From contig NC_068983.1 in assembly GCF_001194135.2 (NCBI RefSeq), positions 137,556,822 through 137,593,014 on the forward strand: a stretch of 36,193 nucleotides of DNA. The letters are read 5' to 3'. The stretch comes from Octopus bimaculoides (Eukaryota). A program made the translations under genes and the position numbers. The notes under the pieces were generated by a model. The model saw only the letters and a program-made list of their open reading frames with translations, was not told where the DNA came from and made no database searches. Positions 1 through 10,696 of the stretch are shown here, in pieces (the stretch's first letter is position 1; each line of letters starts with the position of its first letter).

Positions 1-300
1 GTTTCCTTCAAAATTCCTACATGCTTGAAATGTACATACATCAAGGTACATTTGTACAAAATTTCATGAAAAAATATTCATTTTCCTTGAAGTTAAGAAG
101 AATTTAAGTGGAATTTCCGAATATTGTACCCCACCCCCTTCCAAAACACTTTCACCGACAATTTTTGTATATTTAGAATCTACATAATAAATAATATATG
201 CATAGAAAATTTCATAACAAAATATTCATTTTTATGAAAGTTATGACCTTCCAAAGTTGGGGGATACAACTCTGTAGTTATGCCATCAATGTTTTGTAAA
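1..300. repeat. Probable non-autonomous repeat or DNA-transposon fragment
   Basis: Internally repeated motif aaatttcat(g/a)a(a/c)aaaatattcattt at ~58-84 and ~207-232. No ORF. Family not identified. Confidence 0.25.
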
Positions 301-579
301 TATACCACGATGTGAATGATTGTTTACTTGCACAGAGAGTGAGAGAGGAAGAGGGGGAGAAATGAATAGAGAATGAGGGCAATGTGTATGTTGTTGTCAC
401 AGGTCATGTATGTGTGGTGTGTGTTTTTACGTATCTATGTTATGAAAAATAGGTAAAGAATACTGAGATGAAAGTTTAATCTATGACGTTGTATGTATCA
501 CTTTCTCTCTCTCTCTCTCCCTCTTTAACTCTTACTCTCTATATTTTTATGTTGAGCGCGTGTGTTAGAATGGCGTTCC

Positions 580-1162
580 NNNNNNNNNNNNNNNNNNNNN
601 NNNNNNNNNNNNNNNNNNNNNNNNNNNNNNNNNNNNNNNNNNNNNNNNNNNNNNNNNNNNNNNNNNNNNNNNNNNNNNNNNNNNNNNNNNNNNNNNNNNN
701 NNNNNNNNNNNNNNNNNNNNNNNNNNNNNNNNNNNNNNNNNNNNNNNNNNNNNNNNNNNNNNNNNNNNNNNNNNNNNNNNNNNNNNNNNNNNNNNNNNNN
801 NNNNNNNNNNNNNNNNNNNNNNNNNNNNNNNNNNNNNNNNNNNNNNNNNNNNNNNNNNNNNNNNNNNNNNNNNNNNNNNNNNNNNNNNNNNNNNNNNNNN
901 NNNNNNNNNNNNNNNNNNNNNNNNNNNNNNNNNNNNNNNNNNNNNNNNNNNNNNNNNNNNNNNNNNNNNNNNNNNNNNNNNNNNNNNNNNNNNNNNNNNN
1001 NNNNNNNNNNNNNNNNNNNNNNNNNNNNNNNNNNNNNNNNNNNNNNNNNNNNNNNNNNNNNNNNNNNNNNNNNNNNNNNNNNNNNNNNNNNNNNNNNNNN
1101 NNNNNNNNNNNNNNNNNNNNNNNNNNNNNNNNNNNNNNNNNNNNNNNNNNNNNNNNNNNNNN
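580..1162. other. Assembly gap (N run). Other gaps: 2199-2208, 2463-2800, 12852-12945, 14233-14746, 25999-26169, 34071-34252, 35205-35434
   Basis: Runs of n in the sequence. ORFs containing X in the ORF track are artefacts of these gaps. Confidence 1.
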
Positions 1163-1292
1163 TTCCAAAACGGAAACGAAATGGTTTGCAGAAGTACCCG
1201 ACGGAACGGAGTCAAAAACAACAGGCAGAAAAGAAACAATTGTGCATGGAGAGAACTTTGTCGATGGAAATGATAATGAAATTCAACAGATA

Positions 1293-1482
1293 AATTTCTA
1301 GGACTGCATGCTGATCTCAATGAGATCGTGTTCATTAAAAATAGATATTTATTAATGAAATTTTCTACAGTTATGCTCCAGATGTTTGAATATATTGCAC
1401 TGTAGAAAATTTCATTAAAATGTATCTATTTTCAATGAACACGACCTCGCCGAGTGAGGGTCACCATGCAGTTCTAGAAATT
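1293..1482. repeat. Fold-back inverted repeat (~80-bp arms, 29-nt spacer), MITE-like
   Basis: 1293-1370 (aatttctaggactgcatg...ttttctacag) is the imperfect reverse complement of 1400-1482 (ctgtagaaaa...catgcagttctagaaatt). Confidence 0.8.
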
Positions 1483-1792
1483 CACCTACTCAACATTATA
1501 CACTTCAGAAATGGCAGCCAAAAAATAAACAAGTGTTTTTTTTCTTTTGGGATTGAATTCCGCCATAGAAATTCATATAGATAAGATGAGATTGAGGATT
1601 TCGTTTTCAGCAACAATAGGATGTTGTGCAGCCTGTCTTCCACGAGGCATTTTCGATTTCTCATGAGAAACTATGATATTCAATCACGTGTGATTTATTT
1701 ATAAACAGAGTAGTACGGAGAATACTGGTAAGACGTTCAGTTACTTCCCTTCAATAATTTTATTTATTTTTTTTACCCCCCTAAACTTGAAG

Positions 1793-1794
<2 letters not shown>

Positions 1795-1828
<34 letters not shown>
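1795..1828. repeat. (TA)n microsatellite. Others at ~2370-2389 and ~34043-34070
   Basis: Direct reading of the sequence. Confidence 0.95.
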
Positions 1829-1833
<5 letters not shown>

Positions 1834-1834
1834 C

Positions 1835-2040
1835 TACTTGTTTCAGTCATTTGACTGTGGCATGCTGGTGCACCGCCTTTAGTCGAGCAAATCGACCCCA
1901 AGACTTATTCTTTGTATGCCTAGTACTTATTCTATCGGTCTTTTTTGCCGAACCTCTAGTTACAGGGACGTAAACTTAACAGCATCGGTTGTCAAGTGAT
2001 GTTGGAAGAACAAACACATACATACACACACACACATACA
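1835..2040 (-). mobile_element. 3' part of an octopus-type SINE family, ending in a (CA)n tract
   Basis: Reverse complement of the 21010-21195 segment (cagtcatttgact...gacttattctttgt...ctagtacttattctatc). Confidence 0.65.
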
Positions 2041-2462
2041 GCCACTGGACTGGCTCCTGTAAAGGTGACACGTAAAAACACCATTTGAGCGTGGCTGTTG
2101 CCAGTCCCACCTGACTGGCCTTCGTGCTGGTGGCACGTAAAAGCACCCACTACACTCTGGGAGTGGTTGGCGTTAGGAAGGGCATCCAGCTGCAGAAANN
2201 NNNNNNNNCTCTGGGAGTGGTTGGCGTTAGGAAGGGCATCCAGCTGCAGAAACTCTGCCAGATCAGATTGGAGCCTGGTACAGCCATCTGGCTCACCAGT
2301 CTCCAGTCAAACCGTCCAATCCATGCCAGCATGGAAAGCAGACATTCAACAATGATGATGATGACGATGATATATATATATATATATATACCTTTGGAAA
2401 TGTGCTGTGCGTGAGAAGACCCGGCAAGCCAAGTAAGATCGTTGCCAGTGCCCCTGGACTGG
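2040..2462 (+). mobile_element. 3' UTR fragments of an RTE-type LINE (~63-bp repeat units, ...gagtggttggcgttaggaagggcatccagctg... terminus, (TGA)n tail)
   Basis: Same sequence as the 3' end of the RTE element at 19420-19905. Confidence 0.75.
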
Positions 2463-3149
2463 NNNNNNNNNNNNNNNNNNNNNNNNNNNNNNNNNNNNNN
2501 NNNNNNNNNNNNNNNNNNNNNNNNNNNNNNNNNNNNNNNNNNNNNNNNNNNNNNNNNNNNNNNNNNNNNNNNNNNNNNNNNNNNNNNNNNNNNNNNNNNN
2601 NNNNNNNNNNNNNNNNNNNNNNNNNNNNNNNNNNNNNNNNNNNNNNNNNNNNNNNNNNNNNNNNNNNNNNNNNNNNNNNNNNNNNNNNNNNNNNNNNNNN
2701 NNNNNNNNNNNNNNNNNNNNNNNNNNNNNNNNNNNNNNNNNNNNNNNNNNNNNNNNNNNNNNNNNNNNNNNNNNNNNNNNNNNNNNNNNNNNNNNNNNNN
2801 ATAATCATTAATAAATCATAGGGCAGCAAAAAAATTTTAGAAATTTAATTTACCGCCAGTGGTCCAGCGAGAATAAAAATTAGTCAGTAGACTATATATA
2901 TATTATTCATTAAAATACAGAGATGCCTATAATAGGACATCTAACCCGCTAGAAGGAGCAGCAAAAAACTCTATACCACAAAAATAGGGATAATTTCGAA
3001 AGAGAATGAAAAATAAAAACTTTTACCAGTCTATACTCTGTACCATGGTTTCAAGTTATTTAGCAAGATAAAAATAAATCTTACTTGGACAACTTTCTTC
3101 AGCAGAGTACCACGAACAAGCGAGTAAACAGTCACCACCGTTTGGGCGT

Positions 3150-3400
3150 GATTGTTACCAGCATCGCCTTCCTGGCACTTGTGCTGGTGGCATGTAAAAA
3201 GTCATTCGAGCGAGATCGTTGCCAGTGCTGCTTGACTGGCTCCTGTGTAGGTGGCATGTAAAATACACCATTTTGAGCGTGGCCGTTGCCAGCACCACCT
3301 GGCTGGCCTTTGTGCCGGTGGCACGTAAAAGCACCCACTACACTCTCGGAGTGGTTGGCGTTAGGAAAGGCATCCAGCTGTAGAAACTATGCCAAATCAG
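3150..3400 (+). mobile_element. RTE-LINE 3' UTR fragment with about three ~63-bp units
   Basis: ccagtgc..gactggctcctgtg..ggtggcatgtaaaa units followed by ctctcggagtggttggcgttagg. Confidence 0.75.
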
Positions 3401-3717
3401 ACTGCGAGTCAGCATATACGACGTGAAATCGCAAGTAACGTGGCAAATTTATAATCGTGTTCGAAGGGTCCTAATCCCTTACATTGCCTTTATAAAGAGC
3501 AATATTGTGCAAAGTGAAGACGATACACTAATATTTCAGATGGAATCTTGATATAAATACAAGTTTTCTGTAGACATAATTAGGAAAGAATTATTGGTAT
3601 GATTCGTTGTTTGTAACATTGAAAAGATATTGCACAAATTTTTTTTTTAGATATCTAGAAAATGTGTGTCAATGTTCTCTGATAATAGGAAATTTTTTTT
3701 TCTAGTGTTATGAAATT

Positions 3718-6700
3718 ATGCGTCCCAAACGATCGTCACTGAGCAGTCTCACCAAAGAAGCTAGGAGGGCAAGAGAAAAACGGAAAAGGGAAACCACAGA
3801 AGAAAGGCAATTAAGATTAGAAAATCACAGGCAAAGACAATTGGCTCGTCAGCAGACAGAAACAGCAGAAGAAAGGCAGGCAAGATTAGAAGCTAAGAAA
3901 CAGAGGACAAGAGCTTATCGTGCAGCTCTCAAGGTAGGTGTCAGGTATACATTCTTAAGCATCACACACCTATAGGAGAAATATAACAAAGGTCAGCTTA
4001 CAGAATTTATTTGCAAGGTCATTGATATTAAAATTTATTTCAGAGAGCAAGGATGTATGTAGAATAAATGTATTAAGAAGCTTTGTGATAAGAAGTTTCT
4101 TGTGATGTCAACTTTTAGTATTGCAGCCTCTCCACAATTTTCGTTAAGAATGAGCTCAACAAAATACTTTGCAACCTTCAGTCATACTTTGCAACCTTCC
4201 TTGAATCTCCATGTCAGGTATAGGAGCTGTGCAATTGATAAACATCGGTGGGCAAGCCAAGTAACTTACCATGCTCTGTACTTCATTATCTGGTATTATC
4301 AGCAACACAGAAATACGCACCTGCAATACAATATCATGTACACTATACATTGTTGAGGGATCACTATCCATATAAATTGAGTATAATTTTGGAATCAATA
4401 TACGTGATCAAAATACAAGTTTAATGAAGCTACTGTTAAATCAATGGTAGATTCAATCAGGAATTACAATTTTGAAAAATTTTCTGAAGAAAATCTACCA
4501 GAGAACGTCTGTGTGAATTGTAGCAGCAGTTACTATACATTTGATGTTGAAGACAAATTATAACAATCTACCATCATGTGAGATTTCAGAATAGGATACG
4601 TATAACATGTAGCTTCATTTTCATTTCAGTTTCGGAATTCTATTGGGATTCTCTGTTCAGATTGATTTTGAATGCTACATATTGCTATATACTTATGTGA
4701 CTGACAGATTCCATTTTGTATCTTTTTATTTCTTTCTTTGATTATGCCTCACTTCCTCAACACTCAGATGAAAATGATGCAGCAAAAAAAGAACGAAATA
4801 CAGCACCTTGGGGAGCAACACTTGAAGAAGCAACACCAGAATCAAATGTTAAAAAATCAACAATCACATGACAGATGGTATGTGGTGACTAAAATGGTAT
4901 TTTGACAATGTTATTGTGTTACTATTTTTCTTACATATTTCTTCTGAATTAATTGCAAATTTTCATTTTAGGCAAATGGACAGTGCTTTATCATCTCCAA
5001 AGACTTCAAAATGTGTACATCTAACTACTAAAATGCCAGTCCAGCAAGATTCAAGTTTAGCACAAGCATCGCAAAATATTACAAAGCCAGCCCAGGTGTT
5101 GGCTTCACCATTTCAAATAACTCCATCCAAATCAAATCTGGTGAAAAATCCAAATCAAACAACCGTATCTAAATCAATAATTAGAAAAAAAGATTTACCG
5201 AAACAAAAATTGCTAGTTACTAGTCATCAACGTAATGTCATGTCTAACCTAGCATCATTGTGGAGAAGTAGAAAATTTTGTGATGCCTGTATTACCAATG
5301 GCTCATCTACTGTAATGGTAAGTATACAGTTGTAAACTTTTTCATATTTATAAACTGTTTCTATTGTCATCATCATGATAACTAAAAAATCTTGCTTGTA
5401 AGTCTAAAAATTTATGCATAATTTCTAATGTGCTTAATATCAAGATATTCTCCCTCTATATTTCTCAAAGGTAGGTGTAGCCTTTAGTTTTAAGTATTAT
5501 TATTATCAGAAAATTCTACGATTCCGTCATTGAAAATAACTTTTTCTGAAACATTTGCTTATTAATATAGAATAGAACATTTTACAGAAAAAGAAAATGG
5601 AGTTGATTTAATTAAGGTATTAATGAAATAACTCTCTGAGATAAGTGGCTTGAGACTTTTGGGAGTGAATAGGTTTTGTAGAAGATGGAGAAAGATACAC
5701 TTACATTTTTCTACTTTATAAACATGTTTCTTAAATGTCTATCATTGTATTGTTGGCAAGCTATAAATATACTGTTATTATTTACTATATTTCAGGTCCA
5801 TAAAATAGTCTTGTCTGCTGTGTCTCCAAAATTATTATTATTAATTAGTACACACATCTCAACTCAGTTTTATGAAGTAAAATTTCCTGAAGTAAGCACA
5901 GAAACTTTAATGGCTTTTGTTGAATACATGTATACTGGACTATTAGATCTTGATCTTAATATTTTACAACAGCTAAAAGTCATTGCAAAACAATTAGACA
6001 TGAAAGACTTACAAAATATATGTGATGTACATCTTTTACGTGGAGCACGTCAGCAACTTTCTTCAACAGTGACTGCGTTTGATGATCCCAGGCAGATGCC
6101 ATCTGATGTTTCAGCTGTTCCGACAGAGGATATTAAACAGGAGATTTCTCAAAATGAATCAGCAGAACTTAAAGAAGATGAGGTTAGCATCTTTGAGCAA
6201 GAGGTTGAGGCTGCATCTTCGGACACTAAGGATAGCAGCTCTTCAGTTAGTTCTCTTATTCTTCCTACTGTAAAAATAGAGCCTGTAGGACCTGATGACG
6301 ACAAATATGGTCAAATGAATAAAAGGGCTTCAACATCTTGTTCAGTTTCAGATAGTTCTCAGGCACTAAACACTCCTTTGAATTCTATAGCTGTGTCCAC
6401 TACAGATTTTAGCTTACCGTTTTCAGATACCACAAACAGCAAAGCAACTGCAAATAAGATACGTGGAACATCACCTAAATTAAAATCTAACGAAGTTGAA
6501 AGTTCTCCAGTTTCTGACTCATCTCCTTTGTCATATCGTGAAGAAAAACTGTGTTCTCAATCTAGACTCATAAGAGAAGACCCTTCTAAACCACTAAATC
6601 GAACAATAACAACTCAGACAATTGACAACAATGAGATTTGTGGTAGCAATGAAGGTGTCTATCCTGTAGGACTTTTTACAGCAGGAGGGGACAGATTACC

Positions 6701-6767
6701 ATTATCATCAACAGAAGTTACCAATGTCAAAATTACAGGTTTATATAAAACAGATGGTCTTACTTGA
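3718..6767 (+). CDS. STPR-like repeat + BTB/POZ protein, copy 1; join(3718..3933,4768..4877,4972..5317,5796..6767), 547 aa
   Basis: Splice sites AAG|gtaggt 3934, ctcag|ATG 4768, TG|gtatgt 4878, tttag|G 4972, ATG|gtaagt 5318, ttcag|GTC 5796. Phases 0/2/0 join in frame (1644 nt). BTB motif H..VM..L..LW...FCDA..VHKIVLSA.SP..EYMYTG.L.L..A.QL.M..L..IC. Two 23-aa repeats at 3790-3927. AATAAA at 6834. The gene model is well supported; the STPR label rests on recalled similarity. Confidence 0.85.
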
Positions 6768-6833
6768 TATCAGAAATAGTTAATTTTCAGTCTACACACG
6801 CATACACACTGATAAATTGAGCTTTAATTTTGT

Positions 6834-6839
6834 AATAAA
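6834..6839 (+). terminator. Candidate polyadenylation signal AATAAA (paralogous sites at 16329-16334 and 27531-27536)
   Basis: Conserved about 60-70 nt after the stop codon in all three complete terminal exons. Confidence 0.55.
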
Positions 6840-7100
6840 TAATTTTTGAAATACTAGCCTTGTTTTATTTTCTAATGAAAAATACAGTAGAGTTTTCTAT
6901 CTTGTAAAAAATTGTTGATAAATTTCAGTATTGTCTACATAAACTTGTTTTTTGTTGACTATTGCTGCTAGATGTAACCTGTTGCTATCCTCATTTATTA
7001 CCTTTGTACTACTAGGAGTTGGGTGATTGAACAATAGCAGTGGCGGTAGCAGTGCTGCTCCCTTGAAGTCACCAAAGATGTGATCTAAGCATTGTAGAAT

Positions 7101-8830
7101 TGTTGCACACGCTACCAGAGCCTCTGCCAACTTGCCCTCCTTGTCACCCAAGGTCATCCTCAAACTTGACCTTAAGAATGCCTTCAACTCCATCAGCCAC
7201 AATGCTGTCCTCAGCTCAGTGAGAGAGAAGGTCCCACAACTCTACCGCTTTGCGTAGCAGTCTTACTGGGAGTCCTATCTCTTTTTCGGTGACCATATCA
7301 TCACGTCCACCTCAGGCAGGGTGACCCACTCAAGCCCACTCTGTTTACACTGGGCATTGATGACATCACCAAGATGGGGATCGAGCTAGACCTCAATGCC
7401 TGGTATCTCAATGATGCTTGTTTGGGGGACCTCCTGACAGGATTTTTGCCATTGCTAACATGACAGCTGGGGAGCTTGGTCACTGGGGTCTCCAAGTAAA
7501 CAGCTCCAAATGTGAGCTCTGGATCCTCAACCACCTGGGTTCTCAAACATAACCAACTATTGACCTTTTTGCAGAGTCCTTTCTTTCCATTGCAGTACCA
7601 TCACCATTGGCTTGGTGATCCCTAGGAGCCCCAATCACTGACCTTGCCTTTGAGTCCATCTTCCAGTTGAAGGTGGCTGCCCTTGAGCAATTGTTGACAG
7701 ATATTGAAGCTGTTGAACCCCACCAAGGTCTTTTCATACTTAGGAATTACCTCTTGATCCCTAAGCTTCTATATTTACTCAGAGTTAGCTCATCTTACCG
7801 ATTCCCATCATGCCTCTAGTGCTTCAACAAACTAATTTTTGAGAGACTTGAATGCTTAGTCAATGTCAGACTCTCTACAATGTCCCATGATCAGGCTGCA
7901 TTGCCCAAGCATTTTGGAGGTCTTGGTCTTCGTAACTGTTTGTCCCTTTCTCTCCCCTGCTTCCTTTCCTCACCCTGGTGAGCAACATCCTGTCCTTTTC
8001 AACATGGACCAGTTCCAACAGAGAGTTGGATGAAGTTCAACAATAGAGGGAATTTGGCTTGTCTGCTCCTGAGAAGGTAGATGACTGTCAGAGTCAGAGA
8101 GCTTTGGACAACTTAATTTCAAAAGCCAACTTTGACTCCCTCTTCAACAAGTTGGACCAGGTTTCAAGGTGCCACTTACTGTCTGCTAGTGCCAAATACT
8201 CAGGTGACTGGATTGATTGTGAATAATGTTGGTGGCCTACTCAGCTTAGATGAACTTCATGTCTCCATTGCCCTCAGAGTGGGAGCTGACATATGCACAG
8301 GTTTGATCTGTTGTGGCCTGTAGAGTTGACTTCACAGGCCTCCATGGCCTTTCTTGCCACCTGAATGCTGGTCGCTTCATGCATCATATGGAGTTGAACT
8401 TGATGCTCAAGAGGAGCTTGGGAAGGGACGTGACGGTCTCACCCTGTGCCTCTGGTCGCAAAGCAGATGCCTTGTCTGGGATGTCACAGTTAGCGACTCC
8501 TTTGCTTCTCAAATCCTGGATGCTGTGGTAAGGTCGAGATCCACAGCTTCAGCGGCCAAGTGGAACAAAATCCTGAAATACCACAATTTGTCGACCAACT
8601 ACGTTTCCCATATTGTGGTGTTCGAGAGGTTTGGTGGGGGTCGCACCACTAACTGCAAGATACCTGTTTTCACTGGCAACTCGCCTTGCAGAGGTGACTG
8701 TTGAAGCTTGTGAGAGCACGTAGCTGTTCCAGAGCATCAGCCTTGCCATTACCCATGGCAACGTTGCTGCTGTGCTGGCATGCCTCAATAGCCATTCGAG
8801 AGGTTTCCCAGCATCCCAACGTTTCAACCC
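7101..8830 (+). mobile_element. Decayed non-LTR retrotransposon, CRE-like clade (RT, Cys/His knuckle, restriction-like endonuclease)
   Basis: Translates with stops and frameshifts as AHATR..KVILKLDLKNAFNSI..GDPLKPTLFTLGIDD..NAWYLND (RT), then CCGL..DFTGLHGLSCH (knuckle), DGLTLCLWSQSRCLVWDVTVSDSFAS (RLE) and ISLAITHGNVAAVL (C-terminus). Confidence 0.85.
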
Positions 8831-9212
8831 AAGGTGGTGAATTGTTTTTCTTTTTTCTTTCTCTTTTTTTTCCTTTTATCTCATAAATTTTTTCAATTGT
8901 ATTCTCTGTTAAATTGTCCAATTTGTAGTTTAATTTTGCTCCGATTGCGTTCAATTTTGGTGTATCACTGCAACTCTGAATTTTGATTACGATCAACCAA
9001 TTACTTTATCTAGTAAATTAAAGAATCTAATGTTATTTGGAATTAAAGTTGGGAAATTTGGGTAATTTTAGCCAATCAACAGACAGTGTTGCATTAGCAA
9101 ACAGCACGCTGTGATGTGGTTCACTGTTGTTTGTGCTCTAATATAATAAAACACTAATACAATAAAACAATAATAAAATAAAAAATTCTGCGTTGAAGAA
9201 AAAAAAAAAATC

Positions 9213-9655
9213 AAGAGAGTTATCGAACCTGGAGGCTCTGGAAACGAACTTTTCATCTACTGTTGAACCTTCTCTTGTAAGTTTGATTTGTTTCCATCAC
9301 TTTGCTATTATGAAACACTCGAAAATCGTCTAATGTGGTTCTATTATTTTCACATCGTAAATATTATAATTCTTATGTTTCTTCCTGATTACCCATATTG
9401 TTTTTTTTGTGATGAATGGTCAATCATGCCTGCCGTCCTTTAGTGAATAATATTTGTATCACGTAACTATCTTCTACATATATGTGATGCTATATCTTAA
9501 TTAAATATAATGCATAGAAAATCTAGAAAAACAGATACTTATTGCTTTTAGCGAATTCAGAATTTGAATTCCTTAACTAAAGGATACATCTAAAATGAAA
9601 TATCGTAAAAATATCCAATTGTCTTTGTGGTAAATAAAAAAATTGATATTTCTAC
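9213..9655 (+). promoter_or_regulatory. Conserved upstream non-coding block with candidate 5' UTR exon and donor at 9277 (paralogues ~21926-22420 and ~33188-33930)
   Basis: aagagagttatcgaacctg..ctc.ggaaacgaa..ccttctc is followed by gtaagt, gtaaga or gttagt upstream of copies 2, 3 and 4. Function is inferred only. Confidence 0.45.
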
Positions 9656-10198
9656 ATCGTAATAATACTAAAACTCTAGAGATGTTTGTGTGTACCCGAA
9701 ATATATCAGAAATAGTATATTGTATCTTATTTTTTTTGCATATTTATTTTTATACTTAACTTCGGCAGTGCAGTACAAATTTTCCTGATATTTGGACCTT
9801 TATTTATTAATGAAAACGATTGAACAATCTTTGTTATCTCTTGAAAAAAATAAAACATGGCTTCCTTGACGTTTACGCACATTGAATACACACACATATA
9901 AAGAATATCATGGCATGTCAAAACAGCACGAACGCATGTCCGCTTATCTGTGACATATACACACGCATAGTGTTCGTGATTTCTAAGAACAACAGCAATA
10001 AAAAAAGAAAAGAAAACATCGACTTTTTGACGTACACAATATTTTAATCATTTGAAAATATTTAACTCAATGTTATTTCAAAAATGGGCGGAAGTAAAGG
10101 ACATGGACGCCTCTCTTTCTGGGTGGTTTTTAAATTTTTTTTACAGAAACCCACTTCTTCCACAGCGGATTAAGTATTTTTAGCTTTCTTTAACCAGA

Positions 10199-10462
10199 GT
10201 GTTGTGTCTGGGAAGACTCTTTTGGTGCCTTATAATTTAATGCACACACACACCTGTAAAATTTCCACTCATTTACTTATTTATTTTTCTAAAATTTTCG
10301 TTGCGTCTTGTAACCTTTTCAATAGTTATTGACTCTGTCTGTTATTCAATAACGGACAGAGCCAACGAAAATTTTAGAAAAATAAGAAATGAGTGGAAAT
10401 TTTACCTGTGAGCGTGTTTAAGTATAAGGCATTAAAAAGAATGACTTTCCCCAGATACAACA
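10199..10462. repeat. Long inverted repeat (~100-bp arms) with an inner hairpin at 10333-10361
   Basis: 10199-10303 pairs with 10363-10462 (gtaaaatttccactcattt..ctaaaattttcgttg / caacgaaaattttag..aaatgagtggaaattttac). The inner ctctgtctgttattcaataacggacagag is self-complementary. Confidence 0.8.
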
Positions 10463-10696
10463 GAATATGCTTCAACACTTTTTTGTTATTTATCTCCTCT
10501 ACCTGCACGTCTCACTCAGGCTCTGTTTTACACACAAATATATAAAAAGTCAACGCTCATTATTATCTTTGGAGATTATACATACATTTTAACACTTTAC
10601 AATATACTTACATATATACATAATTCTAAATCTGTCGAATATAAATAATGTACATAATTATTCATCTCTTAACTGTGGAACTGAAAAGTTAATCAA

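Noticed and set aside
1163-1301. Short basic frame PKRKRNGLQKYPTERSQKQQAEKK next to the gap, as a possible extra repeat exon
   Set aside because: No 23-aa periodicity, no alignable similarity to exon A and no supported splice sites.
483-1335. Long ORFs of 200-270 aa near the start, and similar X-filled ORFs at 2293-2829, 14182-14847, 25979-26197, 33970-34323 and 35113-35490
   Set aside because: They read through N gaps, so their length is an artefact.
2155-2252. Direct duplication of 44 bp around a 10-N gap
   Set aside because: Typical unmerged contig overlap, not a biological tandem repeat.
5685-5795. N-terminal extensions of the BTB ORFs (MEKDTLTFFYF.., MLLFFLHISS..) and the VGVRYTFLSITHL / VSIQL tails
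   Set aside because: These are intron read-through. They lie outside the conserved AG/GT sites, and copy 3 has stops or indels in the equivalent upstream intron sequence.
6079-6273. Overlapping 64-aa ORF conserved in copies 1 and 2 (also 15580-15774)
   Set aside because: Alternative frame of near-identical exon D sequence; its conservation is explained by the main frame.
6720-6790. Possible splice from the end of exon D to downstream C2H2 zinc-finger exons, as in ZBTB genes
   Set aside because: Only weak donor-like sites (gtttat, gtctta) exist. The stop codon and a nearby AATAAA are conserved in three copies, and no C2H2 pattern was seen in the spacers. RNA-seq is needed to exclude it fully.
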